Positions 48,001-61,149 of a stretch of DNA of 64,000 nt are shown piece by piece (position 1 is the first letter of the stretch; the number at the start of each line of letters is the position of its first letter). This DNA is from Marsupella aquatica (Eukaryota > Plantae > Marchantiophyta). The notes under the pieces were generated by a model. The model was not told the origin of the DNA. It made no database searches and saw only the letters and a program-made list of their open reading frames with translations. Where the stretch lies: NCBI GenBank assembly GCA_973895155.1, contig OZ316899.1:15899974-15963973 (forward strand), in the 5' to 3' direction. Made by a program: the position numbers and the translations under genes.

Positions 48001-50949
48001 TCCTCCGGCTTGCCATAAAATACTGAGGGAAGTCTTCTACAAAACCTTCCCAATGTTCTCACACCTGGCACCGGCCTCTCCCATGATCGACATAATCATC
48101 GTTGTAGTCATCCACATTAACCTGACTATTGAGTATGCCGGCCTCTTCTGCAAAGCCCCCAATCTCCTCTGAGTATTGTTGGGCTGCCACTGGTTGATTT
48201 ACCTCCACTTGGGCCCGGCTAGAAGCTCTAAGGACTAACCTCTCCTGGCCTCAGCCTCGGCTTCCATCTTCTGACTCTGAATCCATTTGCTCATCCCGTT
48301 TCTTTCTTTCTTCGGCAGTCATCTTCCTCTCTACCAGTTGAATACCTGCATATGGATTATTACGAGTAGGCCGTCGCAATGGATTTCTCACCACATCATA
48401 TGTTACCACCTTTGGTTCCTTGAGAGGGGAATTCTCCCATCCTTGAATTGCCTGTATTGCCGGCCTCTTCTCTTGCCATTGTTTGTTCAGGGGCTCCTAG
48501 TCCTCCTCCAAGGGTGCTGTGATTGGCATTCGTTCCTGTAGCGGTAGCACGGGTGCAAAAGACTGGCTTCTTGCATATTGGCAAAGTAATTGCAGATGGT
48601 ACCCTAGTTTGGATATCGCTCCTTCCCCAATACTCTGCTTCTCTTCATTTAATGCCTTCTTTAACTGCATTAAGAGATAGCCGTTGTAATCTCAGCTTGA
48701 ATCGATATTCTCCACCAAAAATACCTAGGCCTTGCCAATCTTTGCTCTTGCAAATGTACAGTGTAGCGTGACTCTTAAGAAATCAATCAACTTCCCCACA
48801 TGTGGATTAGTGCATTGATTTCTAAAGAACCCATTCTTAGTAGAGGGCCCTAGAAATGATCGGAATTCACTAGTAGAAAATGGGGCCTTTTATGACTTGG
48901 GCACATATGACTTATGTGCCTAAATGACAAGATATTTCAATGACAGGACATGAATGACAATTAAATGACTGTCTAAAATGACAGAGTGAAAAAAAATGAC
49001 TAATAATTGCAAGAGAGTCATTTCCACCAATGAGTCAAATGACTTTGACTGCTATAATGACAACACTAATGAGTTATGGTCATTTTGGATAGTCTCTGTG
49101 AATGACACAATGGACAAAAACCCTGTCATATCAGTGTTTTACTTCTGGAAAGTCATTTTGGATGACGGTGACTAATGACTAGGAAAACAAATATGCAAAT
49201 ATAAGTGTTTAAAAATGTTAGTAGTCATTTCAACCACAAGTGATAAAATGACATGATAAAAAAAATGACTATTTGGAGGTTTAGCGTTTAGGGTATGATT
49301 AGACATCTAACATGTATGGTAGTATAAAGATTGGTGGCACTCACATATTAGATTTGAAATACATTTCTAGAGACTTAAAAAATATTGCTTTTGTTTTGAG
49401 TCGCATCCTTGATGTACAACTCAAAGGCTCGATCATCTCTAATATGTATTTATACTTGCACCCATTTTTTATATATCTCCTATATATGCCAGGGACTCCG
49501 GAAATGTAATTAATTACCATTGATTTCCTTAAGTTGTATTCACATTCACATATTGGCGTACGGGGGTATGCAAGGTTGTCAAATAACACTTTGTGGCGTA
49601 AAATAGGGTTTAGGGTGTAGATGCCTATATTTGCTCATGATGTCATTTTTCCCAGTCAATCGTGTTATTTGCAACCCTAGGGAATCAATTACTGTAAACA
49701 ACCCTAAAACATGTGAGAACAAACCAATAAAATTTGGGAAAATATATTTAATAATAAATTTAATTAAAAACACCCTTATAACCTTTATTCTAAGACTTTG
49801 GAAAATTTCTAAATACATTGATGAATATAAAAAACAAATTTTACCAAAATTGGATTTTTAAATTGTGGAAAGCCTTTCTGAGGAAGTGTTCTAAAGGAGT
49901 ATTCAATCTACATTTTCAAACCTTTTGAAACCTTTTAAGCGACAAATGAAGTTATTTACAGAAGACGAAGGAGTTAAAGCTCTAAAACTGCTTTCACATT
50001 GAAGGATCCTTTTTAATCGACAATTGCTTTTACATCGGAAGAATCGTTCAGGCGTTTTTAGTTGGATTTTGATTCAACTTCTCTTAAACCGTTTTCCCTC
50101 TCCCTTTTTCTACCCAATCTCATTAGATAGAACTTAGTTTAGCCAAAACTACTTTAGTTATCATTAGGTGATTTAATTTAGGAAAGTAGTTCAAACCACT
50201 TACCTCTTCAGATCTTCCATCAGTAGTTAGTTTTTAGGTAGTTAGAAAACCTTTTCAGATCTCTTTGATCTGTGAGGGAGTATTACAATTGAACTCCCAG
50301 GCAAATTTGCCTTGTCATTTTTCTTTGGAAACGGTTTGTGACCAAGTATGGGTCTTTTCCTCGTGCCAAATTGGGCGTAGGAGGGAGAATCGTTGAATAA
50401 GAAAATGCACCATTAAAATTTCACTATTGTTCATGAATTCCTCATTACTTTCTCGTAAACTTTGGAATGGGTGAACATCTTTTAAGAAAACGTTTCTTGA
50501 GTTTTGCATGGAAAATATGAGTAAATTCTGAAATCTAGAGTTTAGAGAATTGTAATGACACTCCTAATGTAAAACCGATCTCTATGGAGTATATGGAATT
50601 TAGGAGTGAAATGAAAATCAAACTTCTATGGAGAAAGAACGATAATCAGAGAGATTCCATACCAAAACAATTAAACAGAAATATGTTATATGTCTTTTAG
50701 CAAGTATGATAAAATAGAGATCCTTTAAGATCTCAAAAACAGTAATACCGTCATAAATCGATTTCCTTTATTCCTTACGGGAACAAATTCGAGTTTCTAA
50801 GATACATTTTATACAAGTTTCATCTAAAACACTTACCACATAAATGCCTTTAGTAGAAGTGTTATATTATAATTATCATCCCTACAAGATTGAAAATTAA
50901 CCTCCATTAATTTGTTTGCACCCCGTTCTAATAATCCAACAAGTGATTC

Positions 50950-53000
50950 CCCAGGGATTTGCAAAGGCTTCCAAGTCATTTTTGCTTTGACTCAACTTTC
51001 TAGTCATTTGACAAGTGCTGCTAGACATCATTTATGCATCATTTGGGCAGTCAATGTTGTGGTCATGTATGCCATGCATGCACAATATGACTACTAAGAG
51101 CTTTAGGTGGCTGATTGCCTATATTGGTGATAAGGGCCGGCCATTAAGGATGCTATCCACCCCACATGGTGCAAGATAGGGTACTTGTCAACCCTGTGCC
51201 ACTAGTCAGGCCACTTTGCCTCCTGAAGGTTTTTTGTAGCCAACTTTTTGCACCAAGCAAGGGAATCACCCAACTTTGGGCAAATTGTATGACTTTGGAC
51301 TGATTTGCCCAAAGGGCTGCAAACAACTCCCATTTAGTCATTCACAAGGGATTTAGAGTCATTTGTGCGAGTGACTAAGGGGTTTGGTCATTTATGTAGT
51401 GTTGGAAGACGTCATTTATGCAAATGACACAAAAATATGTCATTGATGATGTCAATGTTGCAATCATGCATGCCATGGGTAATATGACTCATTGGGGCTT
51501 CCCGGGGCTGGTTGACCATATGCGTGATTGTAGCTCACCAGTAGGGATGCTACCCACCCCCACATGGTGCGGGATAGTGTAGTTGTCAACCCTGGGCCAC
51601 TAGTCATGCCACTTTGCCTCCTGAAGGTTTTTTGTAGCCAACTTTTTGCACCAAGCAAGGGCATCATGCAACTTTGGGCAAAACACTCCCAAGTTGTATG
51701 ACTGTGGAGTGATTTGCCCAAAGGGCTGCAAACAACTCCCATTTAGTCATTCACAAGGGATTTAGAGTCATTTGTGCGAGTGACTAAGGGTTTTGGTCAT
51801 TTATGTAGTGTTGGAAGACGTCATTTATGCAAATGACACAAAAATATGTCATTGATGATGTCAATGTTGCAATCATGCATGCCATGGGTAATATGACTCA
51901 TTGGGGCTTCTCGGGGCTGGTGGACCATATGCGTGATTGTAGCCCACCAGTAGGGATGCTACCCACCCCCACATGGTGCGGGATAGTGTAGTTGTCAACC
52001 CTGGGCCACTAGTCATGCCACTTTGCCTCTTGAAGGTTTTTGTAGCCAACTTTTTGCACCAAGCAAGGGCATCATGCAACTTTGGGCAAAACACTCCCAA
52101 GTTGTATGACTTTGGAGTTATTTGCCCAAAGGGCTGCAAACAACTCCCATTTAGTCATTTGCAAGGGATTTAGAGTCATTTGTGCGAGTGACTAAGAGTT
52201 TTGGTCATTTATGTAGTGTTGGAAGACGTCATTTACGCAAATGACACAAATATGTCATTCATGATGTCAAAGTTGCAGTCATGCATGCCATGGATAATAT
52301 GACTCGTTCAGGCCTCCGGGGGCTGATTGGCCATATGCGTGATTGTAGCCCACCAGTAGGGATGCTACCCACCCCCACATCGTGCGGGATAGTGTACTGG
52401 TCAGCCTTGGGCCACTAGTCATGCCACTTTTCCTCCTGAAGGTTTTTTGTAGCCAACTTTTTGCACCAAGCAAGGGCTTCATACAACTTTGGGCAAAACA
52501 CTTCCAAGTTGTATGACTTTAATGTAATTTATCCAAAGGGGTCCAAATCATTGGCATTTTGTCATTTGCAAGGATTTAGAGTCATTTGTGAGTGTGACTC
52601 AATATTTTGGTCACTTTCGGAGTGCAAAGAGATGTCATTTATGCAATTGACATGACAACACGTCATTTGGGATGTCAATGTCATGGTGATGTATTTCATG
52701 CTGAATATGACTCATAAGGGTCTGGAGGGGATGATTGGCAATATTGGTGGTAGGAGGCGGCCATTAAGGATATTACATAGCCCACTTTGCCTCCACAACC
52801 ATTTTTGAAGCCCAATTTCTGCCACATGGAATAGAATGACTCTAATTTTGGAAAAACACTCCCAAGCTGTATCACTTTGGAGTGACTTGCCCAAAGTGGT
52901 ACAAAACACTCTCATTTTGTCATTTGCAAGGGATGCAAAGTCATTTGTGCATTTGACTCAATTTTGTCATTTGTTGAGTGCTGCAAGAAGTAATTGGAGC
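50950..53000. repeat. ~409-bp tandem repeat inside the CACTA (4-5 units)
   Basis: Unit recurs at ~51464, 51873 and 52279; GTCATTT-rich. Confidence 0.88.
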
Positions 53001-53471
53001 AAATGATTATCATAATGGCAAGAGTCATTTACCGTGTTAACCCCCAGGCAATGCTGTCAAGAAAAGAAGACTGGACTTTGGGGAGATTTTCACAAGGTGG
53101 TGCCAGGTGCTTTTATTTGGTCATTTGTAAGAATTTTTGAGTCATTTGTGCATGTGACTCAATTTTGTAGTCATTTATCAAGTCTCCAGAGACGTCATTT
53201 TTGTGAATGACTGCAAAAGGAGTCATTTGATAAGTCAATGCCTTTGTCATTTATGCACATCACAATATGGCTTTGGCCCTGATTGCATAATTATTGGCGA
53301 TAGGGGGTACGCCAGGGTGGGTGCAAGCCCTACATTAAGGATGCCACTCACCCCACATGGTGTGGGATAGGGTTACATTGTCTATTCACCCTGGTCCCCT
53401 CCCACCGTGCATTTATTTTGGAGGGTTGGGGGGGGGTATTTAATTTAATATATTCTTTTGAAGGTGGGTTG

Positions 53472-53815
53472 TGTTAGATATTGCTCTAGTCTTGTGACTC
53501 ATGAGCTAACCACAGTTAGTCTAACTCGGGTTAGGACTTAGCTAATGTTAGCGGTAGTGCTGTTGTGCATATAGCCAGGGCTGATGCTAGACCCTGGTGG
53601 AACTTAGGCTCATTGTTACGGAGCTAGTTGAGAGATAGGGAGAGCTTGTGCTGTGGATGCTTGGTATGGCCGGTCGGCCTAGAGTGCAGTAAAGCTCTTG
53701 TGTGTTCCCGTGGACGTAGCCTCATGTGGAGGTGAACCACGTATCTCTCTATGTCGACTATTGTGCGTTGGATGGTTCATGGGCTTGCTGTTGCGAATGT
53801 CGTCTATGCTCAACA
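53472..53815 (+). mobile_element. Solo LTR, copia-like (344 bp)
   Basis: TGTTAG...CAACA ends, TSD GGTTG, typical CCCGTGGACGTAG...GAACCACGTA motif. Confidence 0.85.
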
Positions 53816-56800
53816 GGTTGAATCTTATCTGGTTGGGGCAAATTTGATATTTAATTTAGCTGCAATTGTGGGAATGTCATCTAACTGAAGCTAAGAGTTT
53901 AACTTGAAGTTATGGGTTTATCTACAGTCGGATTGGGAAGGGGGTTCAGAGTTTGGCCTCTAGTGAACGGCCCACAACGGTTTTGTATGTTGATTAAAAT
54001 TGTTCTGATAGAACTTCAATCTTAGGTTTTAGATGCTTCAGTAGCACATTGTTTTGACAAGTACCCTAAATCCAAAAACAAAGCCTGAGCCTGGAGGAAT
54101 TCAAGTTACTAGTTCAACATTTGCACAGTCAACTTGCCCATTTACATGCTCAAGACCTGTAAGTGACCTGTAAGTCAAGACTTACACTTGTCTAAATTTC
54201 CTTTTCTAGCTCAGCTCGTGCATCCAACTCTTCACACTACAAAGGTCATTCAAATTTGACTTAATTAGGTATCAACAGGGGTCTAAAACATGCCTTTACA
54301 CTAGCTTACACTCCATCTTACAGGTCTGTAAAGTTGGGTTTCATGGTGTAACCCTTACTTCCCGCCTCTTATTTCAAACTCTACTCTCTCCACAAACTTG
54401 ACGCACTCTCACGCGCATCAACTTTGTTAGCTCTCTAGCTATGGCTGCCCTTCAGAAATTATGGAGCTCTTCCACTGATCGGGTTCCTATCGATTCAAAT
54501 ACTCCCGATGGCCCGCTCGATGGAATGTACTAAGAACTCTACTAAAAAATCTTTTGATTTGCAATGTTTGTTTCCTCCCTGTCGGCCTTCCTCATTTCTT
54601 GAATTTGAATGCCTTGCTAGTAGATTTGGGAGCGGTGTGACCAATGTCCGCACACTTTATTCTAATTACCAGCTGCGCTTTTGCTCTCTAATTCAATCTT
54701 CAAATAGACCCAAGCATGTTGTCATCTACGCCCACGATACTCAGTCTTTTTTCAGTTTGACTTGAACATGGATGCTGCCAAACAGTTCTTGCACGAGGCT
54801 CAATCCTCGACCAATTCTTTCCACCACCATGACTGAGTGCCCCAAAAGCTTTGCCTCTTGCTGTCGCTCCGCTGCGACCCAAGCTCAATGATATTGTAAT
54901 CCCAATTGTAATGTGCCAGGGCTCGGCCTCCAGCCTTTCCTCCACTGCATGTACTCTGCGGCCCCCGCTGCGGCCAAAGCTCCTTTGATGTTGAAATGTG
55001 CCAGTGTGACTGAAGTCTGTGATTCATGTCGCTGGCCAGTGGAGTCTGCGTTTTGCCATTCCAAAGGTCTGTTTTTAACCTCTCTAATTCGTGGAAGTAG
55101 CATTCTTTGAACTTGGAGGAAGGGACCTTCAATGTGTGTTGAAGACTGGAGATCGAAAGTGGAGACTGGAACATAGCTTGCTTGCTTTGATCTTTCTGAG
55201 GTGATCTGTTAACATTAATGCGTTGAGCTCTGTGAGCAGTTGAAGACCTCAAAGTTGACGCCCAAGATGTTCCCAGTGTTATGATTGTTTTGCAGTTTGA
55301 TTCCCCTGGGCAAATTTTGGGGAGACGATGAAAGAATTTCTCTTTCAATAAGCTTTTTAGTGCCGTTCTAGATATTGTAGGGTTTTGTCTGGCTTTGTCC
55401 TATGGAATATACAGGATGATAGACGGGCCCGTAGGTCCTGGTGTCAATTTTCAACATTAATGCTTGAAATTGCCGTTCAAAGATTTATATATCCTGGTTC
55501 AATGACAATGTTTATGTGGAATCTAGAGTCTTGTTGTTGATGCTAGACAACGTACACTGCCAACTCGCTCTTCTCCCTGGCGATTCCTACTTGTTTTTTG
55601 TAGGTGGCTTTTGGTTTGATAAAGCAAGATAGGTGGAACCCTATCTCCCTATCGGTTATGGTGAGGGGATAGGAATCTTTGAAACTTTTTGTTGGCAGCT
55701 TTTTGTTCAGTAATTTTTGTTGGCACTTGTCTCAATGATTAGGTTTTCTTGAAACTGCTCCACGTTAACATCTCCAAGGAATCAAGAGTCTACTTCAGAA
55801 TCAGATTTTGTTCTTATCAATGCACATTCTAACCCAAGTGGAGGTAAATAATGGATGCTCAGGATCTCCAAAGCACTCTAGGCTGCTGTGCATCGAAGAT
55901 AGAGAAAAGGGGAATGAAGGCTGGCGATGGGAGATATAGTGGAGTGCACCACAGGCCGTGGAATTGTTTTGCTGCCAAGTTTTGAGATCCGAACAAAAAG
56001 GAGAGGAAAGGGCTGCGGATGTTGCTTCAATTCAATGCCCAAAAATCCTGCTTTGCCTTGATTTGTCAATGCATTCTCCCTGGTATGCAGTCCGGTACCT
56101 GCACCATCTGCAGAATATTTTAAAAATGTGGACACTCGTTTCTTGATTGTATTTAGACCTGGAATGGCTTCTTTTATTTGGCAGAATGGATGCCAGGCTG
56201 CTGCAACTAGACGTTGTGTGCAAGAAAAGAGGATGCATGAAATTACTTTCACATTGTAACTGGTCATGATTAATTTGAAGCTTTCAGTAGCTGGGAAATG
56301 TATCAAAAATGCAAAGGCATCTAGGCTGGATGAAAAATTTTGTTTGGAAATATTCTAATTAATACTAGTTCACGGCCTCTTGAATGACAGATGCTGTGAT
56401 GTAAATAATGTTCTTTGTACATTGCACTCAAAATGAGCGTCTTTGTAGTTAATTTTGACCGTATGAATATTTGGGGTAGGATGAGACTAGGGCTAGTGCT
56501 GCTCATAGAGTTCGTCAAAAGGACGTTGAATCATTTTTAATTTCTGTTTCAAAGTTCAATGGAGGACAGGAAGCACTGTTGACGATAGACTTTGTTGCAC
56601 ATGCATACTTCTAAGTGGAAATCTCTATAATTAGCAGGAGAAATGAATTGGCTTTCCTGCTTTAGTTGTTCTTTGCTCTATTTTTCCTACTTTCAAGAGG
56701 AGATGCTTCTGAATGTATGGAGAGTGGAGAGAGATCTAGCCACTTGCCTATGTTAGACAAACTTACAGTGCCAAGTCGCTCTTATCCTGGCTATTTCTAC

Positions 56801-57128
56801 AGTAGTTATTTTTTGTAGGTGGCTTTTGGTCTGATAGGACAAGGTAGTTGGAACCCAACTGCCTTGCCTTCGGTTACAGTTTTGGAAGTCATGATGTCAT
56901 CTTTTGGCTTTGGGATCTTTCATTCTGAGCCTGCACAAAATTATCTTACAAGTGTCGGTTGCGGTGAGGTGATAGGCTAGGAATCTTTGAAGCTTTTTGT
57001 TTGCAGCTATTTGTTCAGTGCCTTGTGTTGGCAGCTTTTTGTTTAGTATACAGGTATGTTTCTAATGTTATAATGTGCACTTTATTATGCATCATTCTCA
57101 TGCGTGACAAAAATTTCCTATGTTGCAG

Positions 57129-57800
57129 GCTGATGCTAAGGATGAGTACACGGACCCAGCCAGAATTCAAAATGTAATGAAAAATTATTCTCATTTCATT
57201 TCAATCCCAATCTACACCTATCAAGAAAATTCAAGGACAAAAGAGGTAACAAGAGCAGTGCCATATTGTGCTTGTGCTCTGTGTATCCTCCATGGGCTGC
57301 TACTCATCCTTGTAAATGATTACTTGCTTGGATAGGTTGAAGATTAAGAATCGGCTTCTCCTGAAGGTGCCTCCAAGGAAGCTACTAAGGTAGGGTCTGA
57401 ATGAATGTTTTGTCCCCATGGAATTTTACGTCCACATATGATTGGATCAAATCATTTGTAATATGATTGTCATATTGTTCTACTTTTCTTTTGGAATTCT
57501 TACGAAAGAATGATGTGGCCTGTGCATAAGAAGACGAAGAAAGTCAGAGAAATATTGGGATTGAGAGCTGCTGACAAATGAGACAAAACACCTTTGGGTG
57601 AGTCAGTTTACTGTTCAAGATACCTGGTTTTACTAACTATACTGTTTGTTTGAGAATGTTTCATTCAGGCAGTAACCAAATATATTTGTTGACGTATTTT
57701 TAACAGTTCAGGTCAGAAAAGGATGTCACGAAGGCAGGACTCCAATTGGTTCTTCAAGAGTACATTTGGGGATTTCTTAGAAGCAATGGCTTATACTCCT
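57129..57800 (+). pseudogene. Captured organellar Hsp90 (HSP90C-like) gene fragment, four exons with introns
   Basis: DAKDEYTDPARIQNVMKNYSHFISIPIYTYQENSRTKEV, then degenerate KKTKKV..YWD.EL.NETK.LW and ...FFKSTFGDFLEAMAYT exons separated by GT-AG introns. Confidence 0.82.
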
Positions 57801-60800
57801 GATATTTTTATATGCCCGGTATACTCAATATTGTTGTGGATTGACAGTGATATCTATATGAGTTGTAAATGGGGGCATTTATAAAATCGTTGGGGCCTGC
57901 CCAGCTTTTTGAACTTTCAAATATCAAATTCCTTCCCTACTGTGATCAGCTGGCAGGTGCTCAGTGCTCTCCATCAGCACATCTGTGGGTGGAACCAGTG
58001 ACGGTTCTTATCAAGAGGAGGGCCAAAATAATTCTTCAAGCTCGGGAAATGTTTGGAATAAGGCAAGGTTTAAGTCATGTGCTATTTAAGTGATACTTAA
58101 GTGATATACCGGTGCTGTTTTGTCCTTCTTCACCATTTGTATCACTTGTACAAATTAAAATAAGTTCTATTTTCCTCTTAATACTTGTAGTTTTGATTCT
58201 CAAGTTGGCATGGCAAAGTTGGGATTAATTCTTGGAGAATTACAGAAATTTGTCATGCAAGAGAAGAAATCTTTGAGAAGATAGTGCAACTGGTATGCTC
58301 CAATTGTTAAATTGAGCTCATTATATTCCTCTGCCCAGGTGAATAATGTTTCCAACAGAGCCTTTGCCTGGTGAATTCTCATTTTGTTTAATCAATTGAA
58401 GCCAGACTTCCTAATGTCAATCATTTCACATAATACAGATTGATGCAGATGATGTCTCACAACTCCCGTGTGTGATTACAGCACTACCATGACATCAATT
58501 TTACATGCATCATGTCTTGCTATGATCAATTTCTGGTGAGCTGTGAAATCACTCCTAGAGCACATTTGACAAACTTCAAGGAGCAGAAGCTAGTTTGAGG
58601 CAAAAATAGGATTACTTAGATGGTCAGGATTTCCCTCATACTCTATTGACAGTGTGACCTGAAATGTAAAGTTATATGAGATAATCAAAACATTTGGATT
58701 CTTTCAATATGAGACCTAAGAGCTATCATTTTGTTATTGAGTTCTTTTTATTATGAATGTCATCTGAATGATGATTGTGTGAATTTCACTTCTTCTGTTA
58801 TTGTTAGTGTTCCAGTCATTGTGATGTAAACGGGGATGTGAAGTGCTTGCATTTTTAATATCATTATTGACACGTTGTAGATTTCACTTTGAATACATTG
58901 AATGTGTACAATGTCTCTTTATGAAGTAACCCTAAAACTTGAAATAGCTCCAATGACATCTGAAATGACATTACCTAATGACAGTTCATATGACAATCCT
59001 AATTGACATGGCATATGATGTCTTAAAATGACACCTTATGTGACACCCTTTATGACACCCCATATGACTGTCAACATGACTCCATAAATGACTACACGTG
59101 TCACACCATGTGCCACAACGGTATTGGTTTAATATTATGTCATTTATGACATGTCTTAAATGACTTATAATGATGACATTATGTAAGCTCACATATTTGC
59201 CACGTGTTGTAGTATCATTCATTCAGATGTGTGTCATTTGGAATGTCATTAAAGACATGAATAAATGACTGACGGCCGTTCATTCAGTCATTTTGGACAC
59301 CATGTCATTTCAGAAATTGTGTGTCATTTAGGACAACCATAAATGACTGATGAGAATTTTAGTCATTTGTCTTAATTGACTATCCTAAAAGACGAGGCAG
59401 GTATGACAGAAAAACTCTAGTCATAAAATGGTATAAATGACTTCTTTGCCAGTCCTCATTACAGTCATTAAAGACACTATTTTCCACTAGTGATTGGTTA
59501 TCTGGCAATGTCTTTCGCTGCTCCACCTTAGTTTTATTCCCTTGTGGAAGAGCGAAGACGGCTTCAATTAGTGTTGGCGTTAATTCCACCACCTTCCCAT
59601 ACATCAGCATCGTGTTAGAAGAAGCCTCCCAGCATCCCATGAAGTCTAATAGATCTTTGTCTGGTATGTCAATTAACTGCCATGACAACCGGATGAATCC
59701 CTCTAAGCCGGTGTTGTTCATGTATCCACAATACTTGTTATCCTAGATAGCACAGAAGACCTCATCTTCTTCTTGTGCAAACTGCAGTTATAAGTTGGCA
59801 GGTAGCCTATCCGCCCAACCCGCCATAAACTTATCCTCTACTGCCCTATCTCGAACTGGCACGGCTTTGACCTTGGCCTGCCTCTCAGAGTGGTTCCGCT
59901 TAGCTGATGTTGCAGACGCCAAACTACCCTTCCTCTTCATCTCTTCAGTCCCTGAAAACTCTCCAAGAATGGCCTCCTTGGTCTAAGCCGAAGTGTGACC
60001 CTTCAACTCCCAAACCGGCTGCCCAGCGTTCTTAATTGCCTCCCGAATTCCAACGACTCAATTCTCTCTGATCAGCAACTTGTCAAGGTTGGCACTGGTG
60101 GGAATCCATAAGAATTTCTTGAGTACCTCCTCTGTTCCCACAAAAGCCGTCTTATGAATTCCCCATAACCGCGCGAGCTCCGCCCGTTCCCTTGCTGCTC
60201 GTTCTGGCTCAACGTCTTTGTAAGTTGGTATGAGCTGCCGTGCTTCTTCAAGCAAATAGCCCCAAAAATTAGCCGCTTGATTCACCGTGGTCATTCCACC
60301 AAATGAAAGATGAGCTTGAGAAATTCCCTACCCACCTCCCTTGATCGATCGACAACTGCTTCCGGGGTATGACAGCCATGACAGAAAACAGAAAACAGAA
60401 AACTTGTTACTAGGAAATTTTTTGCTGTTAATAGTCAAAATTTACCTGTTACCAGTAAGCAATTCCCTGTTACCAATTTTGCATCAACCATAGCCCTTTG
60501 ATCCTAATGAAAAACTACGCTAATCACATAATTTTGCTTTAGTGAATTAGGTTTAAAACAAACAATTATTTTGTGCCATCCGATGGATGAAGAGTACTAG
60601 CAATCCTCCCTTGCAACAACATTTTGTTGTACAAGATAACTGAACATGGTATGGGGACTATACTCAATGAAACATTCATTCAAATATCACTATTTGTCCA
60701 AGCTAAAAAGTGAACCTTAGGGTGGGACCCACCACCAAACAAGTGAAGAGTAGTGTCCAAATAAACTCAATCAAAATGAGTTCACTTAAATGGACCGTGT

Positions 60801-61149
60801 ACCGTGACAAACAAATTACAAAACACCTCCTAGCGATAACTATATTTTTCAGAATAATTGAATAAATGCGGCTTGAAAGGTAAAATAGAATGATATCAAC
60901 TTACACATTTAAAAAAAACATGTTGTAATGCTTACACTACATGCGTACATAATAAAGCAAGAAAAGTAAGATTTCTGGAAGTAGCGCCCGGCGCTAACCA
61001 AACAATTCTGAATAAAACAAGTAAAATATCCGTTGGGTAAAGACAAAATAGTGACTATCCGTTATATTGAACGACCTATACGGAAGTTTTGGCCTCTATT
61101 ATAAGCCATTCAAGTTCTGCCTCTCCAAGACAAGCCTGACTTTGCCCAC

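Larger units (their letters stand above)
48868..59492. mobile_element. Non-autonomous CACTA (Pack-CACTA), 10.6 kb
   Basis: TIRs CACTAGTAGAAAA / TTTTCCACTAGTG; 3-bp TSD ATT; dense AATGAC/GTCATT subterminal repeats. The host ORF is continuous across the insertion. No transposase seen. Confidence 0.93.
45754..60360 (-). mobile_element. Degenerate ORF-containing LTR-like unit related to family A (family C), split by the CACTA insertion
   Basis: Begins TGTGGTGCG like family A. Homologous ORF fragments MTTVNQAANFWG (60294), GLEGFIRLSW...FALPQGNKTKV, LPGGDWPEEI...EYGDMCG and a coiled coil. Right boundary approximate. Confidence 0.75.
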
